Translations under genes and position numbers: made by a program
Shown here: positions 1 to 11,599 of the stretch, in pieces
Layout: each line of letters starts with the position of its first letter
How positions within the stretch are numbered: the first letter of the stretch is position 1
Source of the DNA: Gordius albopunctatus
Taxonomy: Eukaryota
Assembly: GCA_964276515.1 (NCBI GenBank)
Contig: OZ193909.1
Location: forward strand, 3,410,001-3,474,000
Reading direction: 5' to 3'
DNA: 64,000 nucleotides
The notes under the pieces: generated by a model
What the model was told of the DNA's origin: nothing
Seen by the model: only the letters and a program-made list of their open reading frames with translations
Databases searched by the model: none

Positions 1-763
1 AACAATAAAGCAAATTTTGAATATATTTCCTCTTGTGCTACATTCTCATTTGGCTTGTCTTTGTTCTATTTCAAAATAAAATATTGTTTATTTGCCAATT
101 TCTTAACCAGACCATATAGTATGATACATATAAAATAATAATTATTATACTCTAATAATGAAATGATCCACTATAACTTTTTAAATTACATTAAAGCCTG
201 ACAACTTGTTCTGCGAACATCTTTTAAGATTAGCAGTCAAAGTCAGTGTAATTGATATTAATTCATCAATTAATTTCTTTGCTATATCCTCATTACACAA
301 GGCTTTATTAATCTTTTTAGGTTTTATTGTAACAGAGCCTAAAGTAAGCTGTAAGAGTGTAAGATAAAAAAAAACTATTACGGTAATATTATTAGGTAGT
401 TTGGTTTTCCAGGTAAACTATTTGAAAATATTAAGAGTTATTATAAAATTTACCTGGAGCTCCCCATTTGTTACCCTTTCAAACACATATTTATGATCTT
501 GGTTACTTTCTAATAATGCTCCATGACAAATTTTTAAATAATCTTCAAGGGACAAACCTGTGGACTTACAAAATTTTTGTACCTCATTTTCCCTAACTAA
601 ATTAATTTACTTTTTCTCGCGTTTTTTTACTTTTAGTTTCCCAAATAGAATTCAGATCACTTATATAAATCTCAATTAAAATGGGCTCTTTCTTCCAAAT
701 GCTTGATACATAATATGAATCATTATAATCTTTGATTTTAAAAATCGCTGATTCGCTAAGCAT
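1..763 (-). CDS. XRCC4: XRCC4-like NHEJ DNA repair protein, 5' part (continues beyond left edge)
   Basis: ATG at 763; GT-AG exons 631-763, 454-596, 382-417, 190-348, 1-65 splice in frame: MLSESAIFKIKDYNDSYYVSSIWKKEPILIEIYISDLNSIWETKIRENEVQKFCKSTGLSLEDYLKICHGALLES...FTWKTKLPNNITLTLGSVTIK...EEIYSKFALL. This matches the recalled XRCC4 head (I.ITD...W; LGS) and coiled coil (DLYKRFILVLNEKK). Introns are 34, 36, 33 and 124 nt. Confidence 0.72.
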
Positions 764-958
764 ATGATATACACAAATTCAGACCTAGGCTACATATTCT
801 ACTTTTTGATGGTTTATTATATAAGAATCATGAAGACGCTTTGCTTAACACTTCAGAGTAGTGATGGGAAAACGCTTAGCACTAGCGCGCTTGGCATCTC
901 ACCACTGATGGGAGTAGCCTATGTCTATTAGCACATAGTCACTTTGAGTGCTATAAGC

Positions 959-1105
959 CATGGGCGTAGCCAGGTTTTGGATTAGAGGGGGTGGGGGGGG
1001 GGGCAAAACGTTTAAAAGTTCAATTAGGGGGGGTGGGGCAAAACTTAAATTTTTTTCCTTCATTTAGGGGGTGGGGCAGCCGCTCTCCCCCCGACTACGA
1101 CCATG
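959..1105. mobile_element. hAT-type MITE, CATGGGCGTAGCC family
   Basis: Ends catgggcgtagcc / gactacgaccatg; perfect 8-bp TSD ctataagc. Confidence 0.85.
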
Positions 1106-1878
1106 CTATAAGCTATAGGAGATGGGAGGTTTAAGGCGCTAAAGCTATGGGAGGTTTGAGGTGCTATAAGCTATAGGATATGAGAGGTTCGAGGCGCTAA
1201 AGCTATAGCTGATAGCACTTAAATGCGCTAGAGCTATAGCACGGCGCTAAAATTGATAATAATTTTTTTAATTGTTTATTAGATATTAAAATACATCTTT
1301 TGTGTGCCACCACCCTTTCTCTGTGAAAATATAATTTTTTTGCCCTATCTCACCTCACCATCTAACTACTACTTAATTAAGTGTATGACTTTAATTTAAA
1401 TATTTTGCATTGCTTCTACATTTATTTTATCAATAACTAGCCCTTCCCCCCCCCCCACCTCTTGCAATGGATAAAATAGAATATTTTAAAATTCTACCTT
1501 TCGCATCCAAATAGATGCGATTTACGATATAAGGATACGATTTAAGAATTGGAGGGGGTGTCAGGAATATAAGGTAAGAATTGAGGAAGATAGGGGGATA
1601 TATTGGGCCGGTGGTAGGATAAACCTTGCCTCCCCCAAAGGGAGACTTCTATTATTTTCTCTACATCTTTATTATACTAAAAACTACGTAAAAATCACAC
1701 AATAAAATAATGATTGAAAAAATCAAACAACTCTCAATACAGTACGTACGTTGTGTATAAAATTCAATGATGCGTGTTCGTGTTGATCAATAATCATATA
1801 TGGGGGAAAGAAATAACAAACACGTATAAGCGCGGGGGGGGGGAAGTAACACACACGTAAGTAAAATTAAATGTAAAG

Positions 1879-1920
1879 GAAAAGACGTGTATGAAAAGAC
1901 GTGTATGAAAAGACGTGTAT
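1879..1920 (+). repeat. 14-bp tandem repeat x3 (gaaaagacgtgtat)
   Basis: Directly visible. Confidence 0.8.
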
Positions 1921-2365
1921 ACTCCAGTATACCACACTACCTAAGGAAATTAATTAAATATTTAGGAGATATGACTGTTTTCATATTAATAAGATTTCAT
2001 CTCCCCCCTAGAGCAAGAAGGGAGTGGGATTTTGTGCCGCCCCCCATCTTGGATAACATTTTGGCTTATTCAACAAATTTTAATTTCCTATCCTATCTCG
2101 TTTTTTTGTTGTTTTTGAGAATAAAAAAATTAAACCCCCCCCCCCCCTTAAGTTAATCCATATCCCATCCCTCGTATTTTTATTTTCACTTTTAATTAAT
2201 ATGAATGAGGTAGGACTAGACTAGGGCGATTGTGTAAATGGCAAGGTCAACACATGTTTCAGTAAAAACAATAGAGTGAACTTATGCGTACTCACTTATG
2301 TTATGTTATTTTATTCATTGAGTAGTACTAGTATCAATGTTAGCGCCGTGCTATAGCTCTAGCGC

Positions 2366-3357
2366 CAGGGGTTTGTCCCGAACCCCTGAACCCGAACCGT
2401 GTAAAACCCGATGTTTTACAGAACCCGAACCCAAACCCGAACCCATTTTTAAAAATACCCTTAAGACCCGAACCCGAACCCGATGAATACAAAAAAGGGT
2501 TCGGGTTTTTAATTCAAAAATATATTGTGAATTGAATATCTCAGTTTTCTCTATCATGACAATGTAACGAAACGTAAACCATACGGTTTTAATTTCAATA
2601 TTTTTATGTTTCCGGCATTTTTCATCCATTAATCAATAGTAATTATCTCAAGAATTATTTGAATAAAGAAATATGCATTAATAAAAGTAAAACTATTAAT
2701 ATGGGAAATGTTAAAAGTGCAGTAAAAAAGTATAAGTTCTCTCTTGACATTGTTCTTAGATCAAAATAGAATTGCACGAGATGAGAACATATTAGAATTT
2801 TAGGAGAAAAATAAACATGAACATCCCAAGATTTATAAGTTATCACAGGTTGTATCAGCTGTTCCACCTACCCAAGTTAGCGTGGAAAGAGCTTTTTCCT
2901 CATTAAATTTATTCTATCAACTTATCGATCACATATGACTGATCAAATATTAGAAGATGTTTTAATTGTAAGATTAAATAATATATATATTATATACATA
3001 ATTTATGTGTCAACTGTATTTATATTTCATGATGTGAAGTATACGTTGAATAAAAATATTTTTGCGTAATTTATAATATGGTATGGCTTTTATTAATTAT
3101 ATTTTTATTGCTTTTAAATCCAAAAATAAATTAGAACATTAAGAATTCAATAAATACATATGCACAATGAGATGAAATAATTGGCATGTGAATTTAATTA
3201 GGTGCTATTTAAAAATTAAGTTAACTATTTAATAATTTTTTGAAAGTAAAAATGTATTATTAGTATAATATAATTTCTTGAACCCGAACCCGATTTCAAA
3301 ATTTATGCCAAACACGAACCCGAACCCGTTTTTATTTTGGGCGGGCTCAAACCCCTG
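2366..3357 (+). mobile_element. Deleted hAT DNA transposon with transposase C-terminal dimerisation-domain relic
   Basis: TIR CAGGGGTTTG / CAAACCCCTG; subterminal (aacccg)n; ~2820-2980 translates HPKIYKLSQVVSAVPPTQVSVERAFSSL-(frameshift)-ILSTYRSHMTDQILEDVLIVRLN, the hAT dimerisation motif (P.TQVSVER.FS). Confidence 0.85.
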
Positions 3358-5319
3358 ACGAATTTAAGTGCTATCGGCTATAGCTTTACCGTCTCAAACC
3401 TCCCATCTCACATAGCTTTAGCGCCTCAAACCTCCCATCCTCTATAACTTATAGCACTTAAAGTGACTATGTGCTATAAGACATAACGGCATATGGTTGC
3501 TATGTGCTATAGCTTTAGCAACTTAAAAACACTATTTCCCCATCACTACTTTAGAGGTTGGGTTAAAAATGCTAACACGGATGTTATTTGGCGTCATAAT
3601 TACCCCAAACTTTAAATAGCTATAACTTAGATATTTTATAATATAAACTTGACAAAATTTGCAAGAATAATATTTCAAATCTTATACGTTCATTAATATA
3701 TTAATTTGCCTATTTAATCAAGTGGTTTAAATTTTATGCCTATAATTAGAGCAAACTAATATTTTAAACGGTTTGGGCTCATTATTACCCCACCAGACCT
3801 ACGAAGTGGTAAACTTATTCACGAAAGAAATTCAACACGCCGTTGTTAATTTGTAACTTAAATGCTTTGGAACCGTTGTAACATGGTATTGGCTAAATTT
3901 TTTATTAAATGTTTGATCCAAGAAAAGGGGTTTTTAAAACTTTTTAAGGGGCTGTTATCCCTTCCAACGGAGTTTATATTAAAAATATCTTAGCATGCTG
4001 ACCCTCAAAAACAAAATTCTGGCCCCGTCTCCTTAAGCAAAGATTTTTAACGCAATGTGAACGATTCAGATAAAAATCAATTACAATAATTATATTTATT
4101 TATTTTGGAAATAAGCTAGACGACTTTTTCCATTAACTGATTCTTATTTTTCACTCGTTTTTTAATAGAACGCAATATGACTAAGCTCCTGATACTATTG
4201 ATCAAATAGATAAGGTGTTTTATCTTTTATATTAATAAGTTATTATATTTTATTACTAAGGGGAGTTCTGAAAGGCTGTGAATAGGTACTTTAAATTTTA
4301 TGTGTGATAAAACAGAATAAATAATATCGTGTATACTTTTATCCAATGGATGTTCCATTTAGTGCACTTGAAGCAAGACCCAAGCTTGAAGTTTTTTTCC
4401 ATTTATCCCGACTCCATACCTAACATTTTTTAAATATAGTAGATTTAAGCTAATTTTATATTTTTAATTTTTTTATCTTATATGTGTTATGATTTAAAAA
4501 CATGATAATTAACTTTTAAAATTTTAGCAAAAATAAATTTTGAACAAGAAACGCTGTAGGAAGGTATTTAAATTTAAAGAGTTGCTGAGAAAATTAAATT
4601 TTACATGGTTTTTTAACTTGAGGTTGCTTAAGCCATGCGGCCTTGCGTTGGACTGGCTCATCAACTCCGCCACGAGCCAGATTATTTTAATTGTTTTCTC
4701 TGTCGCTCAATATCCATTTGGACCAGGGCGAATTCTGTTGAACAATATTGTCGAAAGAAATTTTCATTTGCAAAATCAAATAAAAGACGCGTTTAAATGC
4801 TATAATTTAGGGATATATATGCATGCGTAAATAGTATATTAACTTCCTCCCGTATATTTATTCACATATTCCAAACGTTTTTAAATAATCACAATTTCAT
4901 TAAATTATATTATCCAATTTCACCTTTCAATTGTCTATGTTTTGAAGAAGCTAAATGTTGCCCCGGTGTAGGGTTATCAGATTCACGTGTTATCAGATTC
5001 ATGTGCGTAATAGAACGCACTGATTGGCTACAAGGATAAAAGTAAACAAGATCACGTGATTTTCACCACATCGCCGTTGGTTATGAACCTTATACAGAAC
5101 AATTGAACGCGTAGAAAACACACTTTACGAGATTAATAAACAACTGTTACCATTTTCAAGCTAATAAACCTACAAACAACTCTAACCATTTTCAAGTAGT
5201 GCCATTTTTCGATTTGGAATTTGGTAGGACTATAATAAGTTGTTAAGTAAGTAATATATAACATGTTTTATATAAAGTTTTAGATATTGTGTTTACAAAA
5301 TGTATAACATTTTTCTGGA

Positions 5320-5760
5320 AATATGTGAGGGTTATAAGTCATGAAGAGGAGAAATAAATAGTAATGAAGAGTTATCACGATGACCCAACAAACTCTATCA
5401 AGGAAATCTGGAAAGTCACATGGGGATTAATAAAACTAGGAACAAAATATCTGAAAAGTGCATCATATTTCTAATCATTGTAAATATGTTCATTTAGGTA
5501 TTGGTGGCCCAATATGTTTTCAGATATAAATGATTATAACATCTCATAATTATTTTGATGTAATGATATTTATTTAAATAAAATTTATATATCCATTGTC
5601 TTATAGTACTGTGTTTGTTATATAAACTGAAGTCATAACTTTAAAATACAATAAACAAGCAACAAAATATCTGAAAAGTACATCACATTTCTAATCAAAG
5701 TAAATATGTTCATTTAGGTATTGGTGTTCTAATAAGTGTTCAGATATAAATGATTATATA
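5320..5760 (+). pseudogene. Ginger/GIN-like (Gypsy-integrase-related) transposase relic, N-terminal HHCC region, with spliceosomal intron; partly duplicated
   Basis: YHDDPT...SHMGINKTRNKISEK|YWWPNMFSDINDY restored by removing GT-AG intron 5458-5497 (40 nt); in-frame stop upstream; second copy of intron plus flanks at ~5660-5758. Confidence 0.65.
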
Positions 5761-6562
5761 GCATTTATTGTAACGTTCTTTGTGATAGTTACTTTGTTTT
5801 ATTCAAATGCCAATATTATATAACTTACAAGACTGTTTTATGTTGCGTACACATTGCGTTTATATATTAGATAAAATACATAATCATTATTATTGGAAAA
5901 ATAGATAATACTCCTGGAAGATTTAATTAATCGATGCGCTTCCATCGGAATCGATTAAAGGTTCACGATTTGTGTTAATGGGGTGTTAATATGTTCGCCA
6001 ACCAGGTGAGATAAAATTGTAAGTTGGTTAGGTTAAAGATGTGGACGTTTTTTTAGTACGACAGCAAAGTGCGATCGAGTAAAAGGTCGATGTGCGCTGC
6101 TTTCAATTGCGCTAAAAAATGATTTGTTAGGCCTGGTGAAGTTGTTGCATTGTTTGCAGTTAACTGAATTTAGTGGTGATTAATTTGTAAAATGTTGCAA
6201 AATAAAATATCGCTTTTGTTTACCAACCAACTGATAAAAGTGTGTCAGTGTTGTATGTTGTAGGGAAGCTCGTCTGTCAAAAAGTTACATTGTATACTGT
6301 CATGCAAGTATATGTAACGGTTGTTTTTCGGTGGCGAAATGCCTATGACGATAAACCAGATTGTTTGACATCAGTGTTTTATTCGGTGGTAGTAGTAGCG
6401 ATGTATTGCAAATCACCTAGTTTTTCTATATCTCTTCGGCCACATCCGCAGAGAGGGATACCAATAAATACGCAAAATTTACTTTTTGGGATTTTATCCT
6501 TCTTGTTGTAAAAAGAGCGTCTATTTGGGATATCCATATTTGAATATTTCTCAATTGGAATC

Positions 6563-6580
6563 ATCACGTCGGGGTCACCA
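6563..6580 (-). promoter_or_regulatory. Primer-binding site complementary to tRNA-Trp 3' end
   Basis: 18-mer TGGTGACCCCGACGTGAT, the tRNA-Trp PBS as recalled from avian retroviruses and many Gypsy elements. Confidence 0.85.
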
Positions 6581-6901
6581 ATTGTAACGTTCTTTGTGAT
6601 AATTCCTTTGTTTTATTCAAACGCCAATATTATATAACTTACAAGATTGTTTTATGTTGCGTACACATTGCGTTTATATATTAGATAAAATACATAATCA
6701 TTATTATTGGAAAAATTGTTAATATTCCTGGAAGATTTAATTAATCGATGCGCTTCCATGAAGGATGATTATTATTCTGGGAAGACTTAAATATCTCTAT
6801 GATCTTCTGAGAAGATCATAATAAATCGATAAGTTCCAAGGAAGATGTGTCGATCGACGTCATAGCGTGCTATCTTCTAGGAAAAGAAATGATGTCACTA
6901 C

Positions 6902-8179
6902 CAGAGGTCAGATTTGTTGGGAATATTTTGCCCGAACCCGCCTCGACTAAATTTTTTACCTTCATTTCCCGCCCGGGCCCGCCCGAACCCATCTAAGTGT
7001 CCGCCGGGGCCCGCCCGAATTGTTAAAGCTGCCCGAATTGCCCGGCCCGAATAAATTGCCCGCCTGAACCCTTCTAAGTGTCGGCTCAGCCATGCCCAAA
7101 CCATTAGAGCTGCCCGGCCTGATTAATAAAATTTTCCCGGTAGACCCGAAATTATCCAATCAAAAAATCTTTAGCCACTATTACAAAATAAGCAATGGCA
7201 TATTGATCCAAACAAAGATGACAATATTTTATTATTCATATTGTCGACAATTTCCGGGGACAATCTTGTGCGTCTTTCCTCTATTAATCTTCCTGTTCCT
7301 GCGATATAAAAACTTCTTTCACTAGCAGCACTCGTCGCCGGGATGGCAAAGAGTATTTTTTTAAACCTTGCTAATTTAGGATACCTAAAATAGTTATAAT
7401 TTTTAATAACTTTAATGTGACTTGTTTGCTTTATTTTTCCACCGTGTTTTTTTAGTTGTTAAGAAATTAAATGAATTACAATTATGCGCATTGTTAGAAA
7501 ATGGCATGAGCCTTTGTTTTAAGTCTAGACGGCACACATGTGTAGTGTATTATAAATAATCCAATCCTTTCCATAATGGAGTAGGGCAAAGATTTAACTG
7601 AACGCGATAAAAATGTAATAAAATAATTTACTAACAGAGAGTAAAATGGTTTCTTCCATAGTATTAGATTAGAGTAGCAGTTTACAAGGGCGTAGCCAGC
7701 ATTAAAATTAGAGGGGGGGAATAATGATTTAGGGAGGGGCAAAATGATCATATTTTGAAAATTTAGCCATAATTTTAATACATTTTAGCAAATTTTTGAG
7801 TTTAGAGGGGGGCAGCTGCCCCTTCCTGCCTCCCCCCCCCCTTGTCTACGCCCATGGCAGTTTAAATTGTTGTGATTTTATTCTTTTATAATATAATCTG
7901 AAAATTAAAAATTTTTTATCTTGAGACAAACCAGTTAAACTAATTTATTCGAAATAAAATTTAATTTTGAAGAAATTGAAATTAGGACATTATATAAACG
8001 TACAATGAAGATTTAATCGATGGAAAGAAATCTAGTCAAATTTATTATGGCCCAAAATTGTTTATAAGCGAATTTTTATTTTTTAAAGGAAAATTAATTT
8101 GGTGAAATTTTGGGCATGCCCGCCCGAAAATTAAAATTTAAGGCAGTTGCCCGGTCGGGCCGGGCATTTCTGGTCTCTG
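6902..8179. mobile_element. Non-autonomous hAT-like element inserted in the LTR
   Basis: Ends CAGAGGTCAGATTTG / CATTTCTGGTCTCTG; perfect 8-bp TSD gtcactac; GC-rich gcccg subterminal repeats. Confidence 0.88.
7685..7856. mobile_element. hAT-type MITE, CATGGGCGTAGCC family (nested)
   Basis: Perfect 8-bp TSD gcagttta. Confidence 0.88.
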
Positions 8180-8641
8180 GTCACTACACACACACCTCAT
8201 AACCATTTTGATGCAATAAATTATATTTATTTAAATTAAAAAAAATTTGTCGGCCAAATACAAGGAACAAAATATCTAAAAAGAATCTTTAAGTAAATAT
8301 CATTTACACAATACATAAAAATTACAAATGTAAAAACTGTGATGAAAGTTTGTTTAATAATATAGCGCCATCTGTATTTTGTATAATATTCATTTAATCA
8401 CGTTCGTTCAAATTTTTAAACTAGTGAGGAAGGTAAATTGACTGATATATCGCAAAATGACATGGTTGAAATACACCAATTGTTGTCTTCAAAATGGAGA
8501 AAAATTTGACACCCAATTTACCAAATGGAACATATGGCATGATCAGTCTATCTAGTCTATGGCCATATTGACTTCCTCGTTAATTTGTTTAAATCTTAAA
8601 GATGGCTTTTTTAATGTAATTTGTGAAAGATCAATGTCTTT

Positions 8642-11471
8642 TTAATTGCTATGCAATTTATGGGCTCGCTTTTTGTTGTCCGTCCGTCCGTTGTCCGTCC
8701 TTCCAACGTTCTGACTTGCTGGTTCGATACCCGGAGAGGACAATTTTTTTTTAATTAAATTAATATATTGTTCTTGTTAATAAATACCATTGATAATATG
8801 ACTTTTTGGCCTTCCGCTGGCTACTAACCAATAAAGAAAATTGACCATTGGCCAAATTGTGATTCGAAACTTTTTTCTCCGTTTTTGAATTGGTATAGGC
8901 TAACATTGATAATAACCCTATGCCCCACCTACAAAAGCCTATGCCTCTACTGATGTAGGTTCGAATCCCGGCGAGGGGAAGTTCTTAATTGCTGGTTTGA
9001 TACCCGGAGAGGAGAAATTTTTTAAGTTAAATTAATATATTGTTCTTGTTAATACCATTGATAATATGACTTTTTGAACGTGTCCTGGCTACTGACCAAT
9101 GGAAAAAATGACCATTGGCCGAATTGTGATTCGCAACTTTTTTTAGTTTTTGAATTGGTATCTTATCCATTTATAATGACCCCATGCCCTCCCCTACAAG
9201 GGCCTATTCCTCTACTGATATGGGTCCCTGTGCCCTTATAAAGGCTATGCCTCTACTGATGTGGGTTTAAATCCCGGAGAGGATAAATTTTTTTATATTT
9301 TTTATTATTTAATTAATATATTGTTCTTGTTAATGCCATTGATAATATGACTATTTGGCCGTCCGCTGGCTACTTATCAATGAAAAAAATAACCATTGGC
9401 CAAATTGTGAATCGAAATTTTTTTTCGTTTTTTTTTGTTAATACCATTGATAATATGACTTTTTCACCGTCTCCTGGCTGCTGACCAATGAAAAAATTAC
9501 CATTGGCCAAAGTATAAATCAAATTTTTTCTCTCTCGTTTTTTTCGTCCCATATGTATTTATATCCTTTTTGATCGTGTCCTGGCTACTCACCAATGAAA
9601 AAAATGATCATTGGCCAAAGTATAATTTTTTATGAGTTTGACATTTTCCAATATATAATGATCATATCATTTATTTTTATTTAATAACTTAGAATTTTTT
9701 AGGTCAAAAGTTGTTTTATAAAAAAATATTTAGCTACCGAAATAAAATGACTCCAAACCTACCATATTATGTGAAAAGATGGTTGTTAAAATTCATCAAT
9801 AAATTAACAATATAACTAAATATGAATACTTATAAACTCTAAAGAAAGACAATATATCACCTAAACTCAGGTCTAAGGCAAATATTCGAAATTTGGACAA
9901 ATACTCTAAGATATTTTTTTAAGTTATTGAAAAATTCATATTTTTACACTACACCTATTAACTTTAATGATTTTTTGAAATATATCATGGGTCACCCTTA
10001 AAAACAACGAGAAAATTATCTTGTGAAATTATTTTAAGTTCATCCAGCCTTATTCCTACTGCTTGAGCTTGTATTTGCTGTTACAACTTAACCTCTTAAG
10101 CATTTTACCCCTCTTGATGAAAGAGCTTTGCGTCCGAGCACATATGCTAGTATTTTAATCTAACCCATTTATCGATTTTTTAATTTAGTCAAGTTTTAAT
10201 TTAGGATTTGAAATGTATCTGACTTGCTGGTCCGATACCCGGAGAGGACAAAAATTTTTTTAACCCCCGAGAGCATTCGTGGGGTACCTCGGACCCGGCA
10301 ATAGTTATAAAGTTAAATATAAAAGGCGTTTAAAAGCGAATTGATCTGGCCTTTTCATTAGCCTAATATTTTACCAATAAATAAGTTTGAGGAAAATTTT
10401 ATAACTTTTGGTCCATTACTTTTTAAAATATAGCATCTTTTTGGCCACAGGGGTCCTGTGTACCCCACGAATGCTCTCACGTAAGTTTTTTTCTGTTGGA
10501 AAAAATGTATGTATTTTTTTTCATTTGATGATATCTTTAACAATTTGTGTTTTTAATACATTTTTAACATTCTTTTAATAAAAAATCACGTTTATTTTGA
10601 TTTATTTTAAGGTATATGACGTCAAGAAGTAAAATGAGGGGAAGCTCTAAAATAACCAAAATAAAAATGGTGGTGCAGAAAATCATTCATTAATAAGTTT
10701 TGTAATGTTGATTAGATTCATATCAAAATTTATACCATCAATCTTAAGACCTTTATAAACACATATTTAAAATTTGAAAGGTTGAAAAACATTACTTTAA
10801 AAGTTATAAGAAGTTAAAAAATGGGGTCAAATATACCCCACGAATGCTCTCGCGTTCGGGATTTTCAGGAATGCTCTCGAGGGTTAATTAAATTAATATT
10901 TTTTTCTTGTTAATACCATTGATAATAGGACTTTTTGACCGTCCGCAGGCTACTGACCAATGGAAAAAATCACCATTGGCCAAATTGTGATTCAAAATTT
11001 TTTTTTGAATTTGTATATTAGGTTAACATTGATAAATACCCTATGCCCCCCCCCCTAAGGGCCTATGCCTCTACTGATATGGGTCCCTGTGCCCCTACAA
11101 AGGCTTATGCCTCTACTGATGTGGGTTCGAATCCCGGCGAGGGCAATTTTTTTCATTTTTTATTATTTAATTAATATATTGTTTTTGTTAATACCATTGA
11201 TAATATGACTTTTTGGTCGTCCGCTGGCTACTGATTAATGGAAAAATGACTATCGGTCAAAGTAAGATTAAAATTGATTTTTTTTCTTGATTATAATTAT
11301 AGGCTAGTTATTTGGCTGTCTGCTAACCATTAGAAAAGATCACCACTGGCCAAAGTGATGGAAAATTTGTATAAATAATTAACTAATCATTTTGCATTTA
11401 ATACCCCCCTATAAACATTCTCGCCCCTTCCCACCTTTCTTGCCCATAAATTGCATAGCAAATATGCTACT
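8642..11471 (+). mobile_element. Helentron-associated (HINE/DINE-1-like) non-autonomous element with internal tandem repeats
   Basis: 20-bp subterminal inverted repeat TTGCTATGCAATTTATGGGC (8646-8665 / 11442-11461); GTCC microsatellite ~8678-8700; 3' hairpin TAGCA-AATA-TGCTA; both ends in T runs; ~280-300 bp internal tandem repeats. Confidence 0.7.
10264..10883. mobile_element. piggyBac-like non-autonomous element
   Basis: TTAA on both sides; TIR CCC(C/T)CGAGAGCATTC; internal inverted repeat gagagcattcgtgggg. A second right end lies at ~22240-22283. Confidence 0.85.
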
Positions 11472-11599
11472 TTTATGCGGAGTATAGATGAGTTTCGTTC
11501 CCCCTTCCCTTCCTTCTTCCCACGAGGGCCAAAGCCCCGAGTTAGTATAGTTTTATTCATAAATAATTATTGCTGAGGATATATTTTTTGGCTTGATTT

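Larger units (their letters stand above)
859..3548. mobile_element. Non-autonomous hAT-like element with long subterminal inverted repeats (host of two nested insertions)
   Basis: TIR TAGTGATGGGAAA (859) / TTTCCCATCACTA (3548); 8-bp TSD cttcagag/ctttagag (7/8); ~250 bp inverted subterminal arrays (gctata/gggaggtttgaggcgc). Confidence 0.85.
5769..8188 (-). mobile_element. Non-autonomous/degraded LTR retrotransposon (Gypsy-like or TRIM) with tRNA-Trp PBS
   Basis: Direct repeats 5769-5944 and 6583-6758 (176 bp, 7 mismatches by eye), ending TTACA on minus. The right LTR starts TGTAGTG at 8188 once the hAT insertion is removed. PBS TGGTGACCCCGACGTGAT on minus at 6563-6580, 2 nt from the LTR. No TSD found. 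Confidence 0.8.

Noticed and set aside
2351..2629. ORF-track proteins in repeats (also 6898-7325, 7494-7751, 28662-28856, 36776-37021, 47663-47929, 52858-53245, 55425-55725)
   Set aside because: Chance ORFs over MITEs and GC-rich subterminal repeats; the same pseudo-peptides recur with each MITE copy.
6242..6567. ORFs inside the LTR element as gag
   Set aside because: No recognisable gag or zinc-knuckle motif; short and interrupted.
8700..11250. Regularly spaced repeats as a CRISPR array or true tRNA genes
   Set aside because: Eukaryotic context; spacers are themselves repeated; only T-arm-like parts are present, with no cloverleaf.
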